Assembly: GCA_030704615.1 (NCBI GenBank)
Contig: CM060734.1
Location: 16,926,001 to 16,990,000 of the forward strand
Source of the DNA: Takakia lepidozioides
Taxonomy: Eukaryota > Plantae > Bryophyta
DNA: 64,000 nt
Direction of reading: 5' to 3'
How positions within the stretch are numbered: the first letter of the stretch is position 1; each line of letters starts with the position of its first letter. The notes under the pieces were generated by a model. The model was not told where the DNA came from. It did no database searches and saw only the letters and a list, made by a program, of their open reading frames with translations. Below, piece by piece: positions 49,572 to 60,221 of the stretch. The translations under genes and the position numbers were made by a program.

Positions 49572-51095
49572 CTCGAGAAAGATGAGCTCGTATCTATGAG
49601 TGCTAGATACGAGTTAGTTGTAGCACTTGTGGTTTTTGCTTGAAAATGAGGGAAACCAAGTTGTTATGCAAGGAGCATCGTGGAGCTCTTGGTTGTTAGA
49701 AGCGGAGGCGATGTGGGTTACGAGGTGGTAAACCTTGGCATTCGATCTTCAGCTTCAGAGATGAAAGCACCATACTGCAGGTAATTCCAGAGCACCTTGA
49801 TGGTTTCAGATTGTGTACATGCATGAGCAAGCACGATTGGGAAGAGGACCAGTCAAGAGCAGGTTATAGTGGCTTTGGTGGCAAAGCTGAGAACTGGACT
49901 TGGGAATGCGAGCTTTCATTGTGTGAAGGATTGCAAGACCAAGCGAAAGGGCTGATTTGGCTTGGGGCAAATCAGTGCACTTTGTGGAGTATGGTGAGAT
50001 TGGGTTTCAATCTCGAGCTTCAGCATTGAGAGGGCTCTTGTCATGGCAAGAGCAGGGCTGGAACAGGAGCTAAGAGGTGCGGCAAGGGAATGTGCACCTA
50101 GGGTTTCAGAGCTTGGAAGAAGAGCTCTTGCACCACAAGAGAAGTGTCTTGTGGCTGGAAATGTAAGCCTTAGGGTTTCAGGAGCTTGGCAAAGGCTATG
50201 GAGTGCTTAGTCTTGTCTTAGAGAGCATCAAGGAGCCAAGGAGCCAAGATAGGGGGCTGATATCTCTTGTGTGAAGAGGTTGCATGTGTGGAGCATGTAT
50301 TCAGCTCATTGAAGCTTCCATCTTCAAGCTTGGAGGGCAAGCAAGGAAGAGGGAAGGGCTGACTTCCCTTATGTGAGGGCAATGTATGTGTGGAGCATGC
50401 TATCAGCCTGGTGAAGGCTTGCCCTTTTAGGTGTGGGAGTGCAAGAAAGGAAGGAAGGGGCTGGTTTCCCTGTAGGGCATGTAGAGCATGCTTTCAGCCT
50501 GCTGAAGCTTGTATTATCAGGTTTGTGGGTGCAAGAAATGAAGCAAATGAGCTGATTCTCTTATGGTGAGAGTGGGGCATGTGTGGAGCATGCCTTCAGC
50601 CCATTGAGGCTCTTGTTTTCAAGCCTTAGAGAGCTAGAACGGAAGGTCTAGGGCTGGTTTCCACTTGGAGTGAAAGAACAGCACTTGTAGGGCCTATGTG
50701 AGTTGGGGTTTCAACTTCAAGCTTGAAGGGAGCGCAACTCTGGAAGCAACAGGTGTAGAGGGCTGGAATAGGCTCTAAGACAGATGCTATGGCCAATGAG
50801 AGTGCTTGAATGAGTGCTCACAAGGGCTGGGAACCAGCAGGGCTTGGTTGTTTGCCATTGAGTTTAGTGGCGTGTTTGGAGAGGCTAAGTGAGAAAGAAG
50901 GCTTGGTTTGTGGCAACCACCTCATGGCTTAGGGCTACTATGGTGGTGTGTGGGAGCCGAAAGAGCAAGGATACCTTGCTGATTTCCTCACAGCCACCAT
51001 AGCTCGGTGGAAAGAAGCCTAGAGTCCAAGAGACACAAACCCTAGCTTGGCGTGGCTAAACCCCTTGGAGAAATGGCTAAACTTCCAGAGCGGCC

Positions 51096-51840
51096 ATGTG
51101 TGGGGCTGTGACAGGCTGTGGCAAGCTGTCACGGGCTGTGTCAGGCTGTGACGGGCTGTGCCCTGTGCCCTGTGGGGCAGTGACGGGCTGTGACAGGCTG
51201 CGGCGAGCTGTGACAGGCTGTGCCATGGCCTTTGGGGCTGTGACGGGCTGTGACAGGCCGTGCCTGAGGCCTTTGAGGCTGTGACGGGCTGTGAGGGGCT
51301 GTGACAGGCCGTGCCCATGGCCTTTGGGGCTGTGACGGGCTGTGAGGGCTGTGACAGGCCGTGCCCATGGCCTTTGGGGCTGTGACGGGCTGTGACGGCT
51401 GTGACAGGCCGTGCCCATGGCCTTTGGGGCTGTGACGGGGTGAGGGGCTGTGACAGGCCGTGCCTGAGGCCTTTGGGGCTGTGACGGGCTGTGAGGGGCT
51501 GTGACAGGCCGTGCCTGAGGCCTTTGAGGCTGTGACGGGCTGTGATGGGCTGTGCAAGCTGTGACAGGCTGTGATGGGCTGTGATGGGCTGTGACAGGCT
51601 GTGCCCGGTGCCCTGTGGGGGCTGTGCGGGCTGTGTCAGGCTGTGCCCAGTGGCCCTTGAGGCTGTGTGACAGGCTGTGAGGGGCTGCGACAGGCTGTGC
51701 CCAGTGGCCTGTGGGACTGTGACGGCTGTGACCAGTGAGCTGTGTGGGCCTGTGCTGGTCTGTGGTGGCCCGTGTTGACCTGTGGACGGCCTGTGCTGAC
51801 TCGTGGAGGCACTGGTGGACTGCCTAAGGACTGGCATGTG
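51096..51840. repeat. GGCTGTGAC(GG/AG) tandem micro-repeat array in the family C 5' UTR
   Basis: Read directly. Confidence 0.9.
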
Positions 51841-52466
51841 GTCTGGAAGGCCGAATTTTGAAGCTCGTGGAGGGCGGTTTGAGGAGTATCTTCATGATAT
51901 TCCCATGGTCATGCAAGTGAGGGTAGAGAGGAGATGCAGAGTGTTGGGATGAGGCATGCTGGGTTAGGCATTGCTTTAGCTTCTCTTCCTCGTAGTTTCC
52001 ACCCTCTCATTAGGCCAAGACCTTTCCGTAGGTGGAGGCAAGAGTCAGTCCGGGTTTGGGCTGGGGTGTCCTTGCAGGAGCAACACCGTGGAGTTGTTTT
52101 TGGTGTGGGGGAGTTGTCGATCTGATTTCTTGTGTTTGGATCCCCTCCATACCTGCATGCTTGACTGTGCGCCATGCTAGTTTTGTGTGGGCGCTTGTTT
52201 TTATAGGTGATTGGTCCGGATTTGATCACCGGCCAGTCCTAGAGCATGCTGTCGATGGTGAGGCTGGGGTGATGACCAGCCAGACCATCATTGTTTCTCC
52301 TGTGGTGAGGTGGAGGTGATGACCAGCCAACCATAGGAGTGCTTGCGGTGGATGCAGGTACAGGTGTAGGCTATGTTAGGAACTTAGTATTCCAAACCAT
52401 AAGCCGCAACAGGTTCTCTACCCGGTTACCTTGTGGAGAGGGGGTTAGGGACATGTTCATGACCGG

Positions 52467-55400
52467 TTGAGTGTCAACACGGAGGTGCCACTAGTTGCTG
52501 GGGACAGTGCCGGTTCGAGCACTAGCGATACTAGTGGGTACACGAGACGAGGTGTGCGGTTTAGGCCACCTTCACCTCCTGTGTCTTCCACGGAAGGTTC
52601 TGATTCGGATTGTGAATCAGGAGGGCTCATACCGGCGGTGCAAGTTGTTTCTTTGCCATTGTTGTGGGACACAATGGAGGAGATGTATGGAGCTACCAAG
52701 GGGCCACGAAGGTACTCTGGGGCGGTGGGCACCATCGAGTTGGATGATTTTATCCAAGAGTTTGATAGTTGGTGTGATTTGCAGCAAATGCGCAATCCAC
52801 AACTATTTACGCCTTTCATGGCATGGAAGGGGCTGTTTCAGCACCTTGAGGGGCCGCCTATGGATGATTACCATGAGTTCAGGCGGGGGCATGAGGTTGA
52901 GATCGAGGAGTGGAGGATGTACTGGTCACCCGACTATGTCTCCATCACTAGGGGCACTAGAGCCACGAGGGCAGTGGCTACACCTGCCGCTGCACCGGCA
53001 GCTTCAGCAAGCAGCAGTGGGACTGGTGGTACAGTAGCTACGACGTCCACCCAAGCCACTACCGCACCAGCACTAGCACCCGTGCCTGCCTTCAACCCTG
53101 TTGTGGAGTTCTTCGAAGAGTTGAGAGGGAACTACCAAGGGGTGAGGACAGAGAAGTTGCGGAGCTTGCAAGAGTTCCAACGGAAGCCGACCGAGAGCTT
53201 GAGGGAGGCTTTCACTCGCATGAGGCGCTTGATAAATGTAACCCAAGGGGTTACGGAAGCTCAGGCAGTCCAATTCTGGTATGGGATATTGGACAAGGAG
53301 CTGAGGAGAAGGGTGCGGGATGCAACTCTCCTACAAGCGGCCCAACCCACCTTAGCAAATGTGTTTTTGCTGGCAGAGCGGATAGAGCTCAACATGGTGG
53401 AGGAACGAGTGGTCATGGTGGGATTTGCTAAGGAGACACCACGGGGTAGTGGTGCTCCTAGCCAACCACTACCTCAACGTGCTCAAGGCAACAAGGGGCT
53501 CAGGTGAAGCTCAGGGAAGGGCAGAGAGGACCTCAGATGCAGGGGTCTCTCCCTTCATTTGCTGGCCAACAACGGGCGGATGTGGTGTGCTGGACATGTG
53601 GAGGACCCCATGTCAAGAAGGATTGCCCAGAGGGAGGCAAAGGGTCGGCACATGCACAGCCTGCACAGTTGCAGTGTGGGCATTGTGGCAAGCACGGGCA
53701 TGGAGAGGCCCAGTGTTATGGTTTGCATCCTGAGTTGCGCCCAGGCCAGTTCCAAGGGAACAATGGTGGCCGGGGGCGAGGTGGAGCAGCCCAGAGAGGA
53801 CGAGGTGGCCAGCCACGAGGTGCAGGCCAAGGGCAAGCTCAACGTGGCCAAGGACGCGGAGGTCAGGGTGTTGACCAAGGCATGGCCAACCGGCTTCAGC
53901 AGCTAGAGCAGAGGCTCGCTGCCATGGCTACAGCTCAGGTGGTACCGGCTCTAAGGCCGGATGGTCCACCTCCTGCTCCTGAGGGAGGAGATATGGGAGG
54001 CATGGGATTCATGTGTGGAGCAGCACTACCACTAGTGCAGGTGGAGTCTGCTGCAGCCGTGACTCGAGGAGCAGCACGAGTTCCTGAGCCACGAGGTGCA
54101 GAGGTGGAGTTGGATCCACAGCGTGGGGAGGCAAGCCGTCAGGCTAGGCTTCCTCAGTCATTCACATTGGCGGAGACAGTGTCGACGCCATCCATGGCAC
54201 CTAGTTCTCGCCCGACTGTTACCGAGGCGGAGGTTACTATGCCATTGGGGAGAGCTACACGGGTAGCACCACTACCTAGTGTTGCCAAGGCTACGGCAGC
54301 TAGTGTGCTGCTAGGAGCGGCCACATCTGTGTGCCAGGCTCCATTGTTCTCGGCTACCATGATTGCGACGCCGGGGATAAGACCAGCTGAGGTGTTCAGG
54401 CTGGCAGCTACACTCTGTGAGAGTGGGGAGGTTACTTCATCTTCTGCGGAGATAGTGGGAGGTGTAGTGCCGGAGGGATCCTCGGATTTGAGGGTCAAGA
54501 CTGCCACGGCGGCGCCATGGCAAGCTGCAGCTGCCAGGTTGATGGAGCTGCCAGCTAGGCCAGCCATTGAGCGCGCCATGGTGACACCTGGAGTTGTCAT
54601 GTTAGACAACCAGGATGGCATTTTCTGTTTGAGTGGACCGGCAGGCAAGAGGTACCGGCCACTGCGGGTCTTGTTGGACTCGGGAGCTCAGCCATTGATG
54701 CTGGGCAGAGCTGCTATTGCAGGCTTGGGCCTCACGGAGGCGGATATGGAGCCTTGTCCTTTCCAGATACAGACGTCTCTGGGAGGATCGGAGCAGGCTC
54801 GGGGCATGACACGGCGTGAGTTGGCTATCAGACTACGGCCGGATCACCCTACAGATGGCTCAGTGATGCGAGCCAAGGCCATTGTGACAGACGCAGTCTC
54901 ATACGATGTCCTGGTTGGTGGGGCAGTGTTGTACCCCATGGGCTTCACCCTGGATTTTTGGGAGGAGTCAGCTTCCTATAGGCCTGCATGGCAGTCAGGG
55001 GAGGGCCGGCGTGTGCAGCTCCCTGTGACGTTCATAGGAGGAGTTGCGGTTGCCCAGCGAGGCAAGATGCCGACACTAGCAGCATTCACAGCGGCAGTGA
55101 GTTGGCCTAGAGAGTTGCTTGAGGGCAATGCTCATTCAGAGGATGTACCACCTCCGGGAGAGCAGGATGACATGTATGGTATGGCGGAGTTGCCTACCAT
55201 GGTTGCTCAGACTCCATTGTGGGGCACGAGCAAGGATTTGCAGCGGGATGCTGATCGACGGGTGCAACAAGCCTGGGTGGAGGCTTTTGTACCGTCAGGA
55301 GAGGAGGAGAGTGTGGGGATTGCACCAGGACCACCTCAATTGTCTCCATTGGACACCACACCTATTGTGTGGCAGTCTCCGGATGAAGGCATTTGTCTTC

Positions 55401-56638
55401 TGGACTTGTTTGGCGGGATCAGCACCGGATTGGCTGCTGTGTTACAGGCAGGTGTACGAGTTCGGCGTTACCTGTATGTGGAGAGGGATGAGACTGCACG
55501 ACGCGTTTCACTTCGCCATGTTGCTCAGTTGGTGCAGCGGTACCCTGAGTTGTTGTCGGTGTCTGCAATTCGTGGATATCAGCAGGCCTTGCCAGCAGAC
55601 ATTTCGTTGCTGGGGGCGCAGGATTTGGAGCGGGTTGGCTCCATTGATCTGGTAGTGGCAGGTTGGCCCTGCCAAGGGCATTCATCAGCCGGGCATGGCA
55701 ATGGATTGCGAGACTCGAGGTCGGGTCTGTTTTGGGAGATGGTGCGGGTTTTGCGCCACTTGCAGCTTCATCAAGCTGTATCTCCAGCATACATCTTGGA
55801 GAATGTGCCACTGATGGGCGATTCTCGGGCCAGGGTGATGGCCAGTGTGCATCAAGTCCGGTCGTGGCTTGGGTCAGCAGTGTTGCTAGATGCAGCTACA
55901 GTGGGGTCACGGGCTCATCGTCCACGGCTATGGTGGACTAACATGATGCCACCCGCACTGCTCAAGCGTGCATTTGATGGGGTGCAGCGGCCAGCACATC
56001 TCACAGTGGATAACATTCTGGACACAGGGAGGCAGTCTCAACGTGTGAGACACGATGACCGTTCGCCTTTGGCAGTGGTCAACAAGGTGGGTCAACCACG
56101 AGCAGCATTACCTACACTGCTCAGCCTCCCAGGATCGCATGCTTTCCGGGATAGTGGACCTGGCCTCCTGTGGGATGCTCAGTTGCAGCAGTTAGTGGAG
56201 CCTAATGCTGACGAGCGTGAGCGGGCAATGGGTTTTACCACTGGTACCACGGCGGTGTCGTCTCTTTCTGAGGCATCACGTCGTCAAGTGTTGGGGCAAG
56301 CAATGGATCTCAATTGCTTGACCTGGATTATCAGCTTGGCTCTAGCTGAGCAACGCAGAGTGCGGAATACACTTCCCTCAATGGTCTCTCTGCCTACCGA
56401 GACGGTACAGGCAGTGAGTGGGGGCGAGCATATGAGGACCACGGGGTGCATGCATCCATGGCACACGTGGGAGGTGCTCGAGGTTCAGAGGGAGTTGGCA
56501 GCCAAGGCGGCTGTGATGGATGAGGTTGGGGATTCTTCTCGAGTTGAGGAGGTCCTCAAGGATGAGATGATGGGGCAGGATGATGCCTTGTCATTGACTG
56601 AGCAGGTAGGGAGTACTGCTCAAGAGGTTGCAGCATAG
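52467..56638 (+). CDS. Family C Gag, zinc knuckles, protease and C5-cytosine DNA methyltransferase (one 1-bp deletion near 53495)
   Basis: FQRKPTESLREAF; CWTCGGPHVKKDC, CGHCGKHGHGEAQC; LLDSGA. DNMT motifs at ~55390-56340: I LDLFGG, II YVE, IV GWPCQG, VI LENV, VIII RPRLWW, IX ERERAMGF, X LGQAM. The outer copy reads through the 53495 site in frame. Confidence 0.92.
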
Positions 56639-59600
56639 CAACCACGGGACGCGTCCTCTACCTCTAAGCCCACTGGACTTAAGGTTGTAGTTACGGAGGA
56701 CAATTGGGAGCCTGACATTGGACCCATTGTCACCGGAGGAGAGAGACGACGTATACGGCGGTTCCTGAGGGCTTACAGGAATTGCTTTGCCTTCAGTTTG
56801 AAGGACTTGGGAGCACTGAAGGGTCAAGAGATCCGTATTGAGTTGGCCACTGACACGCCAATCTTTCGGAGACCCTATAGATACAGTGACATGGAGAGGT
56901 CTTTGATTCAGATGAGGACTCAAGATCTCTGGGAGGCAGGTTTGGTGGAGCTCTCTGGTGGAGAGTATGCTTCAGCCACAGTGATGCCAGCCAAGAAGGA
57001 TGTCTATGGCAATTGGACGGAGAGACGTATGTGCGGTGATTACCGGCCTGTAAATCGTCAGACCAAGTCCGATAAGTATGCCATGCCAACACCAGAGGAG
57101 ATCTTTGATGCCATCGGGCATGCTAAGGCCTTTAGCACTTTGGATTTACGATCCGGATATCACCAGTTGCCAATCAAGGAGGCGGACAAGCAGAAGACGG
57201 CATTCTGGGGGATCAATGAGCACGGCAAGGATTGCCTATATCAGTGGCGGTTCTTACCATTTGGGCTTAAGAATGCTCCTGCAGAGTTTCAGAGAGTCAT
57301 GGATAGGATTCTAGCAGGGGTGGACTTTGCTCGGTGCTACATAGATGACATCATCATCTTTAGTGTTACGATGGAGGAGCATGAGAGACACCTTCAGGTG
57401 GTATTGGAGCGCTTGAGAGCGCACGGATTGAAGTTGCATCCGGGGAAGTGCAAGTTTTTCCACAACCAGATTGAGTATCTGGGTCACATGATATATCCTG
57501 GAGGATTGGGGGTACAGCAGACTAAGGTAGAGGCCATTGCACAAATTCCACGCCCCACGGATGTGAGCCGAGTTCGAGCTTTCATGGGGTTGGCAAACTA
57601 TTATAGACGGTTTGTCAAGGGATTTAGTACCATTGCAAAGGCTCTAACCAAGCTGACCAAGGTGGACCAGGAGTGGCAGTGGGAAGATGAGCAGGAACGA
57701 GCTTTTCAAGAGCTCAAGGCGAGGTTGACCTCGGCGCCTATCTTGAGACGACCTATCAGGGGGCGTCCCTTTCAGCTGCATACGGATTGGAGCATGCTGG
57801 GGCTTGGAGCGGTGCTCACACAGGTGGATGATGAGGGAAGAGAGTTCGTAGTGGCTTACGCTAGCCGCTCGAACAACGCTGCAGAGGCTAAGTACAGCTC
57901 ATATGAGGGAGAGTGCTTAGCTGCAGTGTGGGCCGTGGCACACTTCAGGTGCTATCTATACGGCAATCTTTTCACCCTTGTCATGGATCACCAGCCACTC
58001 AAGTGGTTGATGGAGTCAGACAAGCTTACGGGGAAGCTTGCACGGTGGGCACTTATACTCCAGGAGTATGACTTTCAGGTTGTGCATCGACCGGGTTTGG
58101 TCAATCGGGATGCGGATGGATTGAGTCGCAATCCATGCATGAGCCAGCAGGATGACACTGGAGCTCGGTGGCATGGTGAGACGGACGAGGAGATGGTGCC
58201 GGGATGGCACGCATCTGCATTTTTGTGTATCTTGGCATCGGGAGGTCAGATTGGACCTACAACAGGGATGACTGTAGACGGAGTGTCTGAGGACCCTGAG
58301 GCTAGTGATGAGCTAGGTGGTGCCAGAGATATACATGAGGATTCGGCTGTGTTGGACTACCTCCGCACGGGAGACACGGCAGCCATTGTGACTGCCAGGG
58401 AGAGGGATCGGATCCTGCAACGAGCCAAGAGGTTCAAGTGGGAGGGGATACACCTACTTCGAGTGTGGGAGGATGGTCGGGTGAGGATTGTGCCTCACCC
58501 CACACAGCGTGCACGGTTAGTGCGGCATGCCCATGAGGAGTTGGGGCATTTTGGAGTGCGACGCACTCACAGTTTACTGCAGGGGCAGTATTGGTGGCGT
58601 GGTATGCATACAGAGGTGCAACAGTTTGTGGCTAGGTGCATGGTGTGTGACAGGGTGCGTGCTTCATTCAACGCCCCTACACCACAGTTGCATCCTTTAC
58701 CTATCATGGGATTGGGCTACAGGTGGAGTCTTGACTTCGCAGGACCGTTGCCACTGACTATGCGCCACCACAGATATGTGTTGGTGATGGTGGAGCACTT
58801 CTCCAAGTGGATTGAGTTGGTTCCATTGCCTGACAAGGCTAGTGAGGGGGCTGCGTATGCATTCTTGGATCGTGTGCTTAGCCGATTTGGTGCTCCAGCT
58901 GAGGTACTCACGGACCAAGGGAGAGAGTTCTTGGGGGAGTTTCAGGCTTTGTGTGATAAAGCCTTGATAGACCACCGCACCACTTCTCGGGATCATCCTG
59001 AGGCCGATGGCTTAGCAGAGAGAGTTGTTCAGACGGTGAAGAGGGGTTTGCGCAAGTATGGCTTGCAGAAGGGACACCTAGGAGATTGGGATCTTCAGGT
59101 TCCTTGGTTAGCCATGGGCTACAGGTTCAGCAAACAAGCATCACTTGCCTCCTTCTCACCATATTTCCTTCTCTTTGGCCGAGAGCCGGATTTGCCTGCA
59201 GCCATTCGTAGGGACACTGCTCAAGTCCTTAACCTTGACGATCCGGACGTGTGGGTACGTGCATGTGATCAGCGTGCAGAGTTGTTCAAGAAAGTCATGC
59301 CCATGGCTTTTGAGAACCTTGCCATTGCACAGCACCGTGATACGTTGAGGTATGCCACTATACGTGGTGGAGGATATCGTCCTGGGGTTCGGAGGTTTAG
59401 CCCTGGTGACTATGTTTATTTGCAGCAGACTGCTCCTACGACTCTGGATGTTACTGCAGGGCGTGTTATTCTGAGGGTTCGAGAGGTGTTGCCCTCAGGG
59501 GTCCTGATCTTGGAGGGTCGGGATGGCATGACTTGGAAGGACCATGTGCGTAATTGTGCGCCATGTCACCTTCCCAATGTCGATGGCAGAGTTGACCCAA

Positions 59601-59773
59601 ACTTGGCAGTGGTACCTGCAGGTTTGAGGTGCATGCTCTGTGGGTCTGCCAAAGGGGCAGCCACCATGCTGGTGTGTGATCGATGCTCAAGGGGTTGGCA
59701 TATGGGATGCTTGACACCACCTCTTGAGAAGGTTCCTGACGGAGATTGGTTGTGTCCACACTGCTTGGGATAG
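56639..59773 (+). CDS. pol: Family C RT, RNase H, integrase and PHD finger; same frame as the upstream ORF beyond a single TAG
   Basis: LDLRSGYHQ, LPFGLKNAP, YIDD, LHTDWS, HHCC, WSLD..TDQG..LAE, PHD at ~59629-59764. Confidence 0.96.
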   Translation, partial: QPRDASSTSKPTGLKVVVTEDNWEPDIGPIVTGGERRRIRRFLRAYRNCFAFSLKDLGALKGQEIRIELATDTPIFRRPYRYSDMERSLIQMRTQDLWEAGLVELSGGEYASATVMPAKKDVYGNWTERRMCGDYRPVNRQTKSDKYAMPTPEEIFDAIGHAKAFSTLDLRSGYHQLPIKEADKQKTAFWGINEHGKDCLYQWRFLPFGLKNAPAEFQRVMDRILAGVDFARCYIDDIIIFSVTMEEHERHLQVVLERLRAHGLKLHPGKCKFFHNQIEYLGHMIYPGGLGVQQTKVEAIAQIPRPTDVSRVRAFMGLANYYRRFVKGFSTIAKALTKLTKVDQEWQWEDEQERAFQELKARLTSAPILRRPIRGRPFQLHTDWSMLGLGAVLTQVDDEGREFVVAYASRSNNAAEAKYSSYEGECLAAVWAVAHFRCYLYGNLFTLVMDHQPLKWLMESDKLTGKLARWALILQEYDFQVVHRPGLVNRDADGLSRNPCMSQQDDTGARWHGETDEEMVPGWHASAFLCILASGGQIGPTTGMTVDGVSEDPEASDELGGARDIHEDSAVLDYLRTGDTAAIVTARERDRILQRAKRFKWEGIHLLRVWEDGRVRIVPHPTQRARLVRHAHEELGHFGVRRTHSLLQGQYWWRGMHTEVQQFVARCMVCDRVRASFNAPTPQLHPLPIMGLGYRWSLDFAGPLPLTMRHHRYVLVMVEHFSKWIELVPLPDKASEGAAYAFLDRVLSRFGAPAEVLTDQGREFLGEFQALCDKALIDHRTTSRDHPEADGLAERVVQTVKRGLRKYGLQKGHLGDWDLQVPWLAMGYRFSKQASLASFSPYFLLFGREPDLPAAIRRDTAQVLNLDDPDVWVRACDQRAELFKKVMPMAFENLAIAQHRDTLRYATIRGGGYRPGVRRFSPGDYVYLQQTAPTTLDVTAGRVILRVREVLPSGVLILEGRDGMTWKDHVRNCAPCHLPNVDGRVDPNLAVVPAGLRCMLCGSAKGAATMLVCDRCSRGWHMGCLTPPLEKVPDGDWLCPHCLG

Positions 59774-60033
59774 TGGCAGTGGACATGACTGGAGGCAGCT
59801 AACAAGACATGGGAGGCCAAGCTCATAGGAGTCAATACATGAGATCCCAAGCTCAAGTTCACAGGTTGCAAGACGGCGACTAACGATGGGGCAACTCTTG
59901 CACCCGGCCTCTTGATCTATCGAGTTTGAGTGTAGTAGGGATAGTGGTGGAGGACTTAGTGAGGCTATGGTCACTATCACATCTTGTGGCTACCTGGACT
60001 TAGAGGGACCTAAGCACCAGCTAGGGGGGCGAT

Positions 60034-60221
60034 TGTGTGGACTAGTGATTGCCATAGTGGGCAGCGTAGTGGCAGCCTAGTGACTGACTAGTTGTAGCCT
60101 AGTGGTTGGACTAGTGGCTGGACTAGTGGTATACTAGTGGTATACTAGTGTGTGGTGTGCACATGTGTTGTGTGGTTTTGGACAGCGATGTAGTTGTGTA
60201 GCGATATGTATGCGCACGACA
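60034..60221 (+). repeat. Family C 3' terminal segment B
   Basis: Follows the PPT at 60023-60033; TGTGTGG...CACGACA. Confidence 0.85.

Larger units (their letters stand above)
49245..60221 (+). mobile_element. Family C inner copy: near-intact DNMT- and PHD-bearing Ty3/Gypsy with dissimilar termini A and B; TSD CCCT
   Basis: CCCT|TGTCAAG ... CACGACA|CCCT. The flanks rejoin to the family's 5' UTR (compare ~52137-52160). Confidence 0.92.

Noticed and set aside
51019-51837. 272-aa Ser/Gln/Pro/Thr-rich ORF and similar ORFs in family A LTRs
   Set aside because: These are stop-free frames through micro-repeat arrays with no domain signal.
53490-53510. Possible programmed gag/pol frameshift in family C
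   Set aside because: The outer copy (~61570-61595) has one more base and reads through in frame, so this is a 1-bp deletion in the inner copy.
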